Shown in pieces: positions 25,503-34,692 of a DNA stretch of 58,716 nucleotides (within the stretch, counting starts at the first letter, position 1; every line of letters begins with the position of its first letter). The translations under genes and the position numbers were made by a program. The notes beneath the pieces were generated by a model. It was not told the DNA's origin. It worked only from the letters and a program-made list of their open reading frames with translations, and did no database searches. The DNA is from Candidatus Aphodosoma sp. (GTDB taxonomy: Bacteria > Bacteroidota > Bacteroidia > Bacteroidales > Paludibacteraceae). The DNA is taken from contig JAZOMI010000049.1 of assembly GCA_045653825.1 (NCBI GenBank), positions 1 through 58,716 on the forward strand. The letters run 5' to 3'.

Positions 25503-26750
25503 CTACACGAAAAAATCGTCGGCACGGATTAAATCAGCGGGCAAAGATGCGCCACCACGTTTGCCGATGATAGGCACTTTGTATTTGTCGATGAAATACT
25601 GTGGGTCGATTTCGTACTCTTGAAGCAAGAGGCGTTCGAGTTCGCGTTGTTCGCTGGCAGAGAACTGGAGTGTGTCGTCCCACTCGAAACGGCAACCCTC
25701 GAGCGGGAAACCGTGGCGCACCATCATAGGCAACAGTCGGTCGTTGATGATGTAGCCCATAGCACGGGCATCGCTTGCGCATAGGTTGTTGAACACCTCG
25801 AGGTGGGTTTCGGACTGCGAGTGAGAAGAACCATTGTCGATGGTCATCGTTTGACCGAGGATGGCTTTCGACATTTCGGAGTTGCAACGGTCGACACGTC
25901 GGTCGTAGACATTGTAGGCATCGCCACGCGAGGTTTCCTTGATATCGATAGATGTGCCTTCGGGGAAAATGCCCCACCCAGCAGCACCCATGTCGCGAAG
26001 CACGCCAGCGATGACGTTCCAATCCTGCTGATTTTGCGATGGCGAAGTAGCCACACGCATAGGCATGCCGAATATTTCGCCAAAGACATCCCAGTATGCC
26101 AACATATTCTTCTTAGCCAAGCATTGAGGTGCCACCTTGAGTAGCAGACCGAGGTCGTGAGCCTCGCCCACTTCGATGCACCAAAGCGAGAGGTCGCCTG
26201 TGCGGTAGGAAACACCAGAGTCGAGCGAGTCGTAGGTGTGGCGGAGTATCACGCCACGTTCGGGGTAGACGTGTTTACGAGGCACTAAGCGACAATAGGA
26301 GTAGCGTTTGCCCTGGGGCGATTCGACTACATTGCCAAACTCGATGAGTGAGTGGCCCCAATAGCGAGCATCGAGAGCAAGGTCGAGGAAGTGGGTGAAC
26401 CATTCGCTCTCGAAGAGTTCACGAAGCTCATCGTTGCGCTTGCCCTCGCGGTCGATGATGACGAAAGGCTTTTGTAGAGTGCGCCCCTTGCGCTGAGAGA
26501 TGCAACCAGTGAGGTGGTCGTCGATGAGGGCGTTGGTATATACATCGTAGAGTGGACCACGGCGAGGATTTTCGACATCGATAGCCGCTTGCCAAGCACG
26601 ATGCCAGTCGCCAATATCTTTTTTGGTGAGCGCATCGGTGCGTTGCTCAATGTTGAGCATGCGCTGACGGCGTTCGGCAGTGAGTTGTCCTGCCAAAGCA
26701 AGCATGTTGCGATCGTGCTTGCTGAGAAGTATGCGTTGTAGGAAATTCAT
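25503..26750 (-). CDS. portal protein (Mu gp29 / DUF935-like)
   Basis: 415 aa positioned between terminase and MuF. The N-terminal region (DIGDWHRAWQAA...LYDVYTNALIDDHLTGCISQRK) resembles DUF935. Confidence 0.8.
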   Translation of the reverse strand: MNFLQRILLSKHDRNMLALAGQLTAERRQRMLNIEQRTDALTKKDIGDWHRAWQAAIDVENPRRGPLYDVYTNALIDDHLTGCISQRKGRTLQKPFVIIDREGKRNDELRELFESEWFTHFLDLALDARYWGHSLIEFGNVVESPQGKRYSYCRLVPRKHVYPERGVILRHTYDSLDSGVSYRTGDLSLWCIEVGEAHDLGLLLKVAPQCLAKKNMLAYWDVFGEIFGMPMRVATSPSQNQQDWNVIAGVLRDMGAAGWGIFPEGTSIDIKETSRGDAYNVYDRRVDRCNSEMSKAILGQTMTIDNGSSHSQSETHLEVFNNLCASDARAMGYIINDRLLPMMVRHGFPLEGCRFEWDDTLQFSASEQRELERLLLQEYEIDPQYFIDKYKVPIIGKRGGASLPADLIRADDFFV

Positions 26751-26811
26751 AAGAGTGAGGAGTTAGGAGTTAGGAGTTAGGAGTGATGAGTGATTTAATT
26801 GTGCATTGTTA

Positions 26812-27228
26812 TCACCAATCGTATGTTTGTTTTTTCATTCCGCCAGCCATGCAAGGGAATGAGTTTTGGTTAGGACTCTCGCCAGCGAGAGGGAGCGAGG
26901 CGGTGACTTTGCCAGCTTGAGCGAGGCGTAGCCATTCGATGGTGCGTTCGTACTGTTCGGCACGATGGGCAGATGCCATTTTCTGAGGCAAACACTGCAC
27001 GAGGTAGTGGAGTGTTACGTTCACGCAGATTTGCACCAGGTGAGCATTGCGCTCGTTGCCAATAGCGGCATAGGCGCGGTCGATGTCGTAACGAGTGCGG
27101 AGGTAGCTGGCAACCTCCTCCATAGCGACACGTTCGGTACGGAGGCGTGTGGGAGTGTCGGCTTGTTGCAAAACCTCAAGTTCGCGAGGCGAGCAAACGG
27201 TGCGGTAGTCTTCTTCTTCGATGAACAT
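26812..27228 (-). CDS. Mu gp36-like protein (DUF1320)
   Basis: 138 aa. MFIEEEDY...AMEEVASYLRTRYDI fits the DUF1320 pattern, and the position between TerL and portal fits. Confidence 0.55.
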   Translation of the reverse strand: MFIEEEDYRTVCSPRELEVLQQADTPTRLRTERVAMEEVASYLRTRYDIDRAYAAIGNERNAHLVQICVNVTLHYLVQCLPQKMASAHRAEQYERTIEWLRLAQAGKVTASLPLAGESPNQNSFPCMAGGMKKQTYDW

Positions 27229-27286
27229 AAGAGTGAGGAGTTAGGAGTTAGGAGTTAGGAGTGATTTAATTGTGCATTGTGCATTG

Positions 27287-28828
27287 TCAATAAAGGTTTT
27301 TTGGAGATGGGCGGCGACCGATGCGAGGGGTGAAGGTTTCGTGGCGTGTGCGTTGTTGCAGGATGTAGATTGCGCCCTCGTCGGCATCGGGAGCATCGTC
27401 GTGTCCGCTCATGCCTTTTTCGAAAGCGAGTGTTTGGTCGAGACCAGCCAGCATATCAGGGTCTTTCTTCTTCTGTTCGTTGTAGAAGACCACGCCACGC
27501 TCCCAGAGAGGGCTGATGCTTTCGATGCGCTGAAACTTGTCGGGCTTTTTGCGGCGGTCGGCACGGATGGGGAGTTGGTAGCCACGACACTCGCCCTCAC
27601 GGCGGAACTCGTCGAGGATGATATCCTGAAGGAAATTGGCTTCGATGTAGTAGCTTGCGACGGCATGAGCAGCTTGCACACGCTCGTGTAGGTCGTAGAA
27701 CCAACGCACCATTTCGGTGACGGTGGTTTGTCGCACAAAGGCGTCGATGTGGTGTAGTTCGCCCGACTTGGTTTTGCCCCAGAGCTTGATAGCCTTGTAG
27801 TCGTTTTTGGTCGAAGCCTTGAACGAGGGGTCGCAGTAAGCCACAAGTTCGTGGTAGTCGCGCAGAGGCAACATGCGTCGCCAGCGCACCCAGTCGGCAC
27901 GGAAGACTGCACCCTCGGTGATAGGATTGTTCATCATCTCCTTTTGGAAGGAGCGGTAGCCCATGAATCGGGCTTGAGCTTCGACCTCTTCGCGACTCCA
28001 TTTGGTAGCCCACGACGGATTGCCTTGAGCATCGAGGGCATTGACACGAGTGACGTGGACGCCATCGGTTTGAGCAATGCGAGCGAGCACACTATTTTTG
28101 CCAATGAGGTTGCCAACCATGATGAAACGCCCACGGCCACCGTCGAGCGCACCAAACAGCGCCTCCTTAACCCAGTCGGTGAGACGAGAGACACGTTGAG
28201 GATTTTCGACAAGTTCGTCGTCGTCGAGGTCGTCGATGACGATATAGTCGGGACGATGAGAGCGGTAGCGCAACCCACGAGGCGACTGACCACGACCACG
28301 AGCAAAGAAAGCCACATCGTCTTGAGTGACGAATTCGCCATCGGTCCATTCGCCCTCCTTCTTCTGCACGCCAAAGTCTGCAATGTAGCGTTGGTTGAAC
28401 TCAAGTTCCGCCTGAATGTCGGAGAGCAGAGTGTTGGCATTGTCTTGCGACTTGCCCACGAGCACCATCACATTGAGCTGGCGTTGGCGTTGACACTTGA
28501 GCCATAGCGGAATCATCACATCGCAATGGGTAGATTTGGCATGGCCACGCGCCCACATAAACACAGCTTTGAGGTTAGGGTTTTTCTTCACCTTGTTGGC
28601 CGCTTCGATGTGGAAGGGAGCCGATGCTGTGATAGCACCAGTTTGGGGATTGGTGCAGTAGTGAGGGAAATAGTATTCCACAAAATAGGCATAATCCTTG
28701 CGAGCGCGCTCGATACGGCGGTCGCGGTCGGCAGGAGTCTCCTGTCGGTTGACAATGGTCATGCTCTGAATGGTCTTGCACAGTTCGCGCCAATCGGCGA
28801 GGGCTTTTTTCTTATTAGATAGATTCAT
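27287..28828 (-). CDS. terminase large subunit
   Basis: 513 aa with an ATPase region (MWARGHAKSTH, IVIDDLDDDE) and a C-terminal nuclease-like region. Follows the small subunit. Confidence 0.8.
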   Translation of the reverse strand: MNLSNKKKALADWRELCKTIQSMTIVNRQETPADRDRRIERARKDYAYFVEYYFPHYCTNPQTGAITASAPFHIEAANKVKKNPNLKAVFMWARGHAKSTHCDVMIPLWLKCQRQRQLNVMVLVGKSQDNANTLLSDIQAELEFNQRYIADFGVQKKEGEWTDGEFVTQDDVAFFARGRGQSPRGLRYRSHRPDYIVIDDLDDDELVENPQRVSRLTDWVKEALFGALDGGRGRFIMVGNLIGKNSVLARIAQTDGVHVTRVNALDAQGNPSWATKWSREEVEAQARFMGYRSFQKEMMNNPITEGAVFRADWVRWRRMLPLRDYHELVAYCDPSFKASTKNDYKAIKLWGKTKSGELHHIDAFVRQTTVTEMVRWFYDLHERVQAAHAVASYYIEANFLQDIILDEFRREGECRGYQLPIRADRRKKPDKFQRIESISPLWERGVVFYNEQKKKDPDMLAGLDQTLAFEKGMSGHDDAPDADEGAIYILQQRTRHETFTPRIGRRPSPKNLY

Positions 28829-28894
28829 AGGTTAGTGAGGAGTGAGGAATTAGGAATGAGGAATTAAAAATTCTCAATTCTCAACTCTCAACTC

Positions 28895-29350
28895 TCAATT
28901 TTCTTCGGTGAGGGTAAGGTTGTTGAGTTTTTCGGAGATGAAAAGGTCTTGGTAGCGATTCATCACCTTGACGAGTTCGGGGGTGAGTTCGGGGTCGAGG
29001 TTCATGCGATTGACGAGCCATTGGTTATAGACCGAGAAGACCTCGATGACGGTAACGATGTTGGTTTGGCGGTCGATTTTTTCGATAGCAGTAGCCGCTT
29101 TGCAGACCTCGTCGGCAGTCCAGTCGCCCGATTCGATTTTGTCGTCCAACTGTTGGAGCATTTTTTTGACGATTTCGCCACGGCTGACGGTTTTAGCAGC
29201 ACGGCGTTCGCTCCAGCCGTTGTCGTTGATCCATTTGTTGATGGTTTGGCGAGTGACGCCCACTTTTTCGGCAATCTCTTGTTGCCCCATGCCTTGCATG
29301 TAGAGCGCAAAAGCAAATTCGCGTTGCGCCTCTTTTGTCATTTTTGTCAT
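28895..29350 (-). CDS. terminase small subunit (HTH)
   Basis: 151 aa with an N-terminal HTH (QQEIAEKVGVTRQTINKWINDNGW). First gene of the leftward late operon. Confidence 0.6.
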   Translation of the reverse strand: MTKMTKEAQREFAFALYMQGMGQQEIAEKVGVTRQTINKWINDNGWSERRAAKTVSRGEIVKKMLQQLDDKIESGDWTADEVCKAATAIEKIDRQTNIVTVIEVFSVYNQWLVNRMNLDPELTPELVKVMNRYQDLFISEKLNNLTLTEEN

Positions 29351-29598
29351 TCAATATTATTATAGGTTAGAGATTAGAGGTTAGTTAGAAATGAGGAATG
29401 AGGAATGAGGAATTGCTGAGCGAAGCAAAAATCACGACCGAAGGGAGTAATTCTCAATTCTCAACTCTCAATTCTCAATTCTGCATTGTTTTTACGGTGC
29501 AAATTTCGCCATATATTTACATATATAAAAAAAGTATGTAAGTTATTGACACTCTATTTTTTGCAATGACAAAAAATAGTGAAATTTGCACCAGCAAA

Positions 29599-29671
29599 AG
29601 CGGGTTGGAGCAGAGGTCAGCTCGCGGGGTTCATTCCCCCGAGGTCGGTGGTTCGAATCCACCACCCGCTA
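29599..29671 (+). tRNA. prophage-encoded tRNA with CAU anticodon (Met/Ile2-type) and an unusual U at position 37
   Basis: Hand-folded cloverleaf. Acceptor AGCGGGT/ACCCGCT, D arm GAGC-AGAGGTCA-GCTC, anticodon arm CGGGG-TTCATTC-CCCCG, variable AGGTC, T arm GGTGG-TTCGAAT-CCACC, discriminator A. Confidence 0.75.
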
Positions 29672-29727
29672 CAATTTTTACAATGCACAATTAACTCTAA
29701 ACTCTCAACACTCAACTCTAAACTAAA

Positions 29728-30612
29728 ATGGTTGTAATATCAACAGAAAGAATCAACTGCTATGGCTCGCGTATTATCACGGCGGGCATCGACATTGAGC
29801 AATACAAACGCAATCCAGTGTTGCTCTACATGCATCATCGTTCGAGCGACACAATGCCAATCGGACGCATGGACGATGTGCACATCGACGGCGACCGCCT
29901 TGTAGGCACGCCAGTGTTCGACATGGACGACCCACGAGCAGCAGCTATTGCCGAAAAGTGGGAAAACGGTTTCCTACGCATGGTGTCGCCAGGACTTGAA
30001 ATCATAGAGACATCGGATGCACCCGAAATGCTCATGCCAGGGCAACGCTATCCAACCATCACACGCTCGAAGCTCATCGAGGTGTCGATAGTAGACATCG
30101 GAGCCAACGACGATGCATTGCGACTCTCGCGCGACTGTCATCTCATCAACGATGTAGAACTCATGCCACTAATCAACCTAAATAATAACCCTAAAAAAAC
30201 TGAAAACATGAAAGAAATCCTTTTGGAACTTGGTTTGCCAGAATCGACAACCGCCGACGAGGCTCGTGCAGCCATCGTCAACCTCAAGCGTGAAGCAGAA
30301 GAATCACGCAATGCTACTATCGATAGCGAAGTGAATCGTGCTATTGCTGAGAATCGCATCACGGCTGACACACGCGAGAAATTCGTTGACCTCGGTCGTG
30401 AAATCGGTGTGGAACGCCTCAAAGAGACTCTCTCGCTCTTGAAACCAGCGCAAGTGGCCGGCACACGTCCGTCGGACATCATCGGTCGTGAAAACGAGAA
30501 TAAGCAACTCAAGTGGGCTGACCTCACTCCAGAAATTGCCGAACGTCTCAAACGCGAGAACTACGACGAATACCAACGATTGTATATCGAAGAATTCGGA
30601 ATCAGATTTTAG
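29728..30612 (+). CDS. prohead protease/scaffold fusion (HK97 S78-like N-terminus, helical C-terminus)
   Basis: 294 aa. The N-terminal part (LYMHHRSSDTMPIGRM...VSPGLE...SIVDIGAND) is protease-like. The C-terminal acidic coiled coil is typical of a scaffold. Immediately precedes the capsid gene. Confidence 0.6.
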   Translation: MVVISTERINCYGSRIITAGIDIEQYKRNPVLLYMHHRSSDTMPIGRMDDVHIDGDRLVGTPVFDMDDPRAAAIAEKWENGFLRMVSPGLEIIETSDAPEMLMPGQRYPTITRSKLIEVSIVDIGANDDALRLSRDCHLINDVELMPLINLNNNPKKTENMKEILLELGLPESTTADEARAAIVNLKREAEESRNATIDSEVNRAIAENRITADTREKFVDLGREIGVERLKETLSLLKPAQVAGTRPSDIIGRENENKQLKWADLTPEIAERLKRENYDEYQRLYIEEFGIRF

Positions 30613-30711
30613 ATTACAGAGTACAGATTACAGAGTACAGATTACAGGTAATTCCTAACTCCTAATTTCTAACTAACCTTTAAACATTATTTAAACCTCA
30701 ATTAAACAATT

Positions 30712-31773
30712 ATGAAACACATTTTTTCTATTCTATTTCTCATGGCTTGCGTAGCTGTGAACTCGCTCTTCGGAGCAACTGTGGCTTCGGCCGTTGGTTT
30801 TACACCTGAAATGGGTGCAATCGCACTCAATGTTGTCTCTATCGTATCGGGCGCATGTGGTGGCGTGATGCCTGCAGGCGTGCTCGGTGCTGGTGTGTTC
30901 ACCGAAGTGTGGACTGGCTACCTTAATAAAGCATTCCGTCTTGGCGAAGAGGCAATCGGTTGGTATCGTCGTATTCGTTCGTTCGACCAACATGTGCAAA
31001 ACGATGTCATCCACCTCACCAATGTAGGCGTTAAACCTGAAGTACTGATAAATAACACTACATACCCAATCGGAGTTAGCGACAACGAAGATGCCGACCG
31101 CCCTATTCAGCTTGATAAATACCAAACAAAACGTACAGTGGTGAGCGACGACACACTCCATGCCATATCATACGACAAAATGGCGCTTGACATTGAGCAA
31201 CACAAAGAGGCAATCGAGGAGAAAAAATTTGCTAAAGCAATCCATGCCCTTGCTCCTGATGCTAATGCTAAGCTCACTCCAGTGGTTACCACATCGGGCG
31301 AAACATACGAAGGACGTAAACGCTTGACCGAAGCCGACCTCTTGAAACTCAAAAAAGCATTTGACGAACAACGAGTGCCAATGGCCGATCGTGTGCTCGT
31401 GCTCTGCCCTGACCACGCTAACGACCTTCTTGCCCTCGACCAAAAATTTGCTCAACAATATGCCGACCACGAAACAGGTCGCATTGGTCGAAAATTCGGT
31501 TTCGAAGTGTATGAGTTTGTGGATTGTCCGCTATTCGACACAGCGAACGGCAAAAAAGTGCCATTTGGTGGTAGCAACGAATCGGCAACTATGGCATCGG
31601 TGGCATTCGCCGCGTCGAAAGCCATGCGTGCTGATGGTTCGCTCACGATGTACCACAAAGAGGCAGCATCGAACCCTGAAACACAACAAAACGAGATTAA
31701 CTTCCGCAAATACTCAATCTGTTTGCCAATGGCAGAAGAGTGTATCGGAGCAATCTACTCGGCGAAAGCCTAA
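30712..31773 (+). CDS. major capsid protein (start uncertain)
   Basis: 353 aa ORF directly after the protease/scaffold with HK97-like length. The hydrophobic N-terminal ~45 aa may be a cleaved segment or lie upstream of the true start. Confidence 0.65.
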   Translation: MKHIFSILFLMACVAVNSLFGATVASAVGFTPEMGAIALNVVSIVSGACGGVMPAGVLGAGVFTEVWTGYLNKAFRLGEEAIGWYRRIRSFDQHVQNDVIHLTNVGVKPEVLINNTTYPIGVSDNEDADRPIQLDKYQTKRTVVSDDTLHAISYDKMALDIEQHKEAIEEKKFAKAIHALAPDANAKLTPVVTTSGETYEGRKRLTEADLLKLKKAFDEQRVPMADRVLVLCPDHANDLLALDQKFAQQYADHETGRIGRKFGFEVYEFVDCPLFDTANGKKVPFGGSNESATMASVAFAASKAMRADGSLTMYHKEAASNPETQQNEINFRKYSICLPMAEECIGAIYSAKA

Positions 31774-31782
31774 CAATGCTGA

Positions 31783-32169
31783 ATGAATCAAGAATTGATA
31801 TTCCGATATTTGCAGACCTTCCTACTACCCGTGCTCACGGGAGTAGTAGGGTGGGCAATTAGCAAGTGGAAAACCTCACGAGAAAAGCGAGCCGATGACG
31901 TGCGATTGGTGAACGAGTCGATATCGCCACTGCTGGCATCGATTACCGAACTGACCGACACCGTGCGCACCATGACCGAACGACTGATGGACGAGCAACG
32001 CAAGAACCTGGCACTACTGCAAGAGAAAGCCGATTGGCTTGCCGAACGCTCAGACCTGATGGCAAAAATCGAAGAACTCGAAAAGAAGGTGCAGAAGCTG
32101 ACCACCCTCGTGCAAAAACTCAACAAAAATGCAAAGATGCAAGACGATACTACTATTGCTACTACTTAG
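31783..32169 (+). CDS. N-terminally membrane-anchored coiled-coil protein
   Basis: 128 aa with a TM helix (FLLPVLTGVVGWAISKW) followed by a long heptad-rich helix. Confidence 0.55.
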   Translation: MNQELIFRYLQTFLLPVLTGVVGWAISKWKTSREKRADDVRLVNESISPLLASITELTDTVRTMTERLMDEQRKNLALLQEKADWLAERSDLMAKIEELEKKVQKLTTLVQKLNKNAKMQDDTTIATT

Positions 32170-32596
32170 CACATTGCTTGGATGCCGAACTCAACGTTCG
32201 GCACAGGAGGCACAAACCGAAATGCGACAAACTGCGACGGCGAGATGCGATTCGACCCAATGGACAACAACAACCCAGAGCGAAGAACAGAGCGAAGAGG
32301 TGGTAACAGTGCAAATCAGCACCGAAGAGTTTGACCTTACGCCCGATGGTACACCCTACCTCAAGCGGCGCACAACCACCACCACCGAGAGAGGCATAAC
32401 ACATCAGTCGACAGCAGCGAGCGAAAGCTCGATAGCACAAACGAGCCACACAAAGGCAGACACCACAACCGTCAGTCAACAGGCAAGTGAGAGCAAATTC
32501 GCACAAAAGCCCGATGGAGGCATAGCCTTTAATTTCGGTTTTGCACTGGCAATGATTATCGTCGTTGCACTGCTAATAGTAATCACCCAACAATAA
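32129..32596 (+). CDS. lipoprotein with C-terminal TM anchor
   Basis: 155 aa with lipobox LLSTLLGC, a T/S/Q-rich middle, and a C-terminal TM helix (FGFALAMIIVVALLIVI). The start overlaps the previous gene by 41 nt. Confidence 0.5.
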   Translation: MQRCKTILLLLLLSTLLGCRTQRSAQEAQTEMRQTATARCDSTQWTTTTQSEEQSEEVVTVQISTEEFDLTPDGTPYLKRRTTTTTERGITHQSTAASESSIAQTSHTKADTTTVSQQASESKFAQKPDGGIAFNFGFALAMIIVVALLIVITQQ

Positions 32597-32608
32597 ACTA
32601 TACCTAAA

Positions 32609-32944
32609 ATGGCAACAAAAAAAACAACCCAAACCGAAGAACCTGTTGAACAAACAACAGAACAAACAGCTGAAGCTACTGCCGAAACTACAACCGAAGC
32701 ACCTGCAGAACAAAAGGTAGAACAACCTGCTGAAGCTACTGCTGAAGGCGAAGTTGTGAAGTCGTGCAACATCGCAGTGTATAACGAAGTAGGACAACGA
32801 TTGCTTGCGCTACATCCAACGGTGAACGAAGTGTATGTGACCAGCGATGGCTATGCGTTCCTCTCGCTCAACGCAGCGCAAAACAACGCTCGCAACCTAC
32901 GCGGCCATAAAGTATTTGTCGTGAAACGAAGCGAAAATCAGTAA
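32609..32944 (+). CDS. hypothetical structural-module protein with acidic T/E/A-rich N-terminus
   Basis: 111 aa ORF in the same orientation in the head-tail module. Confidence 0.5.
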   Translation: MATKKTTQTEEPVEQTTEQTAEATAETTTEAPAEQKVEQPAEATAEGEVVKSCNIAVYNEVGQRLLALHPTVNEVYVTSDGYAFLSLNAAQNNARNLRGHKVFVVKRSENQ

Positions 32945-33011
32945 TCAAACCAAACGAGCAAAGCGAGTATGTCTTGCTACTCGCTACTCGTTACTAAAAA
33001 TCTAAAAAAAA

Positions 33012-34094
33012 ATGAATTCAATAGAAATAACCCGTACGAACGGAAACATACCAAAAGCATTGCCAAACAACGATCACATCTCAGCATTTGCGTTTGTGGA
33101 TGAAAATGCTATGGATGACGTTGTTCTTCTCTCGTCTGTCGAAGATTGGACTGTGGAAAATGCAAAAAAACTCTTTGGTGACGATACAATAGAAGAGAAT
33201 ATGTATTACGTGATGTCAACCCTTTTTATTAAACAATTCTATGCAATGGCACCAGGGGCATCGCTATGGGTAGGTGCATACACAACCGACGATGCAGTTG
33301 TAAAAATGCAACGCAAAGCAGGTGGTGAAATTCGCCAGATGGCTATGTATGGAAGTCTATCGGTAGAGGATATTATAGCTAAGGTTGAACAACTCGAACA
33401 GGAAAGTATGCCATTGTTGGTCATGATTGCTTCAAATGGGCTTGAGATTGATAATTATTTGAATGAAGAGATGCTACTTAATGAACGTATATCAGTGGTA
33501 ATTGGAGAAGAAGGGGAGACTTATGTGCCTGCTGCAGGCTACGCTCTCGGTGCAGTGGCAGCTGCAGCGGTCAATGAGTCGATATCGTGGGTGAGAAAAT
33601 TCCCTGTGCCTGTGTCAAGTGCAAGCATTAGCACTACTAATGTCAATAGCATCAACCAAGCGGTGCTTAATATGCTCGACCAAAAGGGCTACATCTTCCT
33701 CCGTACTTATACAGGTCTCAATGGCTACTATTTCAACGACAGCCGCACCATGTCGGATCCTACATCGGACTACAACACCATCGAGGCAGTGCGCACAATG
33801 GACAAAGCCGTGCGTGGCATACGCACCTACCTCTTGCCAGAACTCGGCGCTCCGCTCAAGCTCGATGCCGAAACTGGCTGTCTCGCTCCCGAAACAGTGA
33901 AACATCTCGAAACTGTGGCAGCGCAACAACTCACAGCAATGGAAAAAGCTGGCGAATTGTCGGGCTGGTCGGTAGAAATCGACCCAGAGCAAAACGTACT
34001 CGCCACATCGACCGTAGAATTCGTTGTGAAAAACGTGCCTATCGGCGTGATGAGAAAAGCATCTGTGAAAATCGGCTATGCACAATCGGTGTAA
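33012..34094 (+). CDS. tail sheath protein (DUF2586-like)
   Basis: 360 aa, immediately upstream of tube, chaperones and tape measure. The family assignment is from memory. Confidence 0.6.
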   Translation: MNSIEITRTNGNIPKALPNNDHISAFAFVDENAMDDVVLLSSVEDWTVENAKKLFGDDTIEENMYYVMSTLFIKQFYAMAPGASLWVGAYTTDDAVVKMQRKAGGEIRQMAMYGSLSVEDIIAKVEQLEQESMPLLVMIASNGLEIDNYLNEEMLLNERISVVIGEEGETYVPAAGYALGAVAAAAVNESISWVRKFPVPVSSASISTTNVNSINQAVLNMLDQKGYIFLRTYTGLNGYYFNDSRTMSDPTSDYNTIEAVRTMDKAVRGIRTYLLPELGAPLKLDAETGCLAPETVKHLETVAAQQLTAMEKAGELSGWSVEIDPEQNVLATSTVEFVVKNVPIGVMRKASVKIGYAQSV

Positions 34095-34257
34095 ATTAAG
34101 GAATAAGGAACAGGGAGCAGAGAGCAGAGAGCAATGCACAATGCATAATTAAGAACCGAAGGTCTTTGAGCCTTTGGCGATAAAATTGAGAATTCTCACT
34201 CCTCATTCCTCATTCCTAATTCCTAACTAACTTCTAACCTTTCAACTTTCAACTATT

Positions 34258-34692
34258 ATGGCAATAACAAACGGTATTCCACTAATCAATGGCGTGTCAT
34301 ACGCCTGGGCCGACATTGTATGTCTTGTAGCAGGCACACCTGTTACAGGCATCTCGGCAATCGAATATAGCGACCAACAAGAGATGGTCAACAACTATGG
34401 AGCAGGTCGCTACCCTGTGTCGCGCGCCAAAGGTCGCATCACTTGCGAAGCGAAAATCACACTCGACATGGACGAAGTGATTGCAATTCAAAACCGATCG
34501 ATCAATGGTCGATTGCAAGACTTGGCACCATTCCAAATTCAAGTGTCGTACATTCCCGATGGCGGTAAGATTGTGCACGATGTGATTCACAACTGCCAAT
34601 TCAAGTCGAACGCCCGCACATGGAAAGAGGGCGACACTCGACAAGAGGTAGAACTCGAACTCATCGTCAGTCACATCGACTGGGGAAAATGA
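34258..34692 (+). CDS. tail tube protein
   Basis: 144 aa positioned between the sheath and the chaperone pair. Confidence 0.6.
   Translation: MAITNGIPLINGVSYAWADIVCLVAGTPVTGISAIEYSDQQEMVNNYGAGRYPVSRAKGRITCEAKITLDMDEVIAIQNRSINGRLQDLAPFQIQVSYIPDGGKIVHDVIHNCQFKSNARTWKEGDTRQEVELELIVSHIDWGK

Noticed and set aside
27409-28507. Long alternative-frame and antisense ORFs inside the terminase, portal, transposase and MuF genes (for example 27851..28507, 24748..25431, 15271..16227).
   Set aside because: These are typical of GC-rich DNA. R/A/P-rich translations overlap strongly supported genes.
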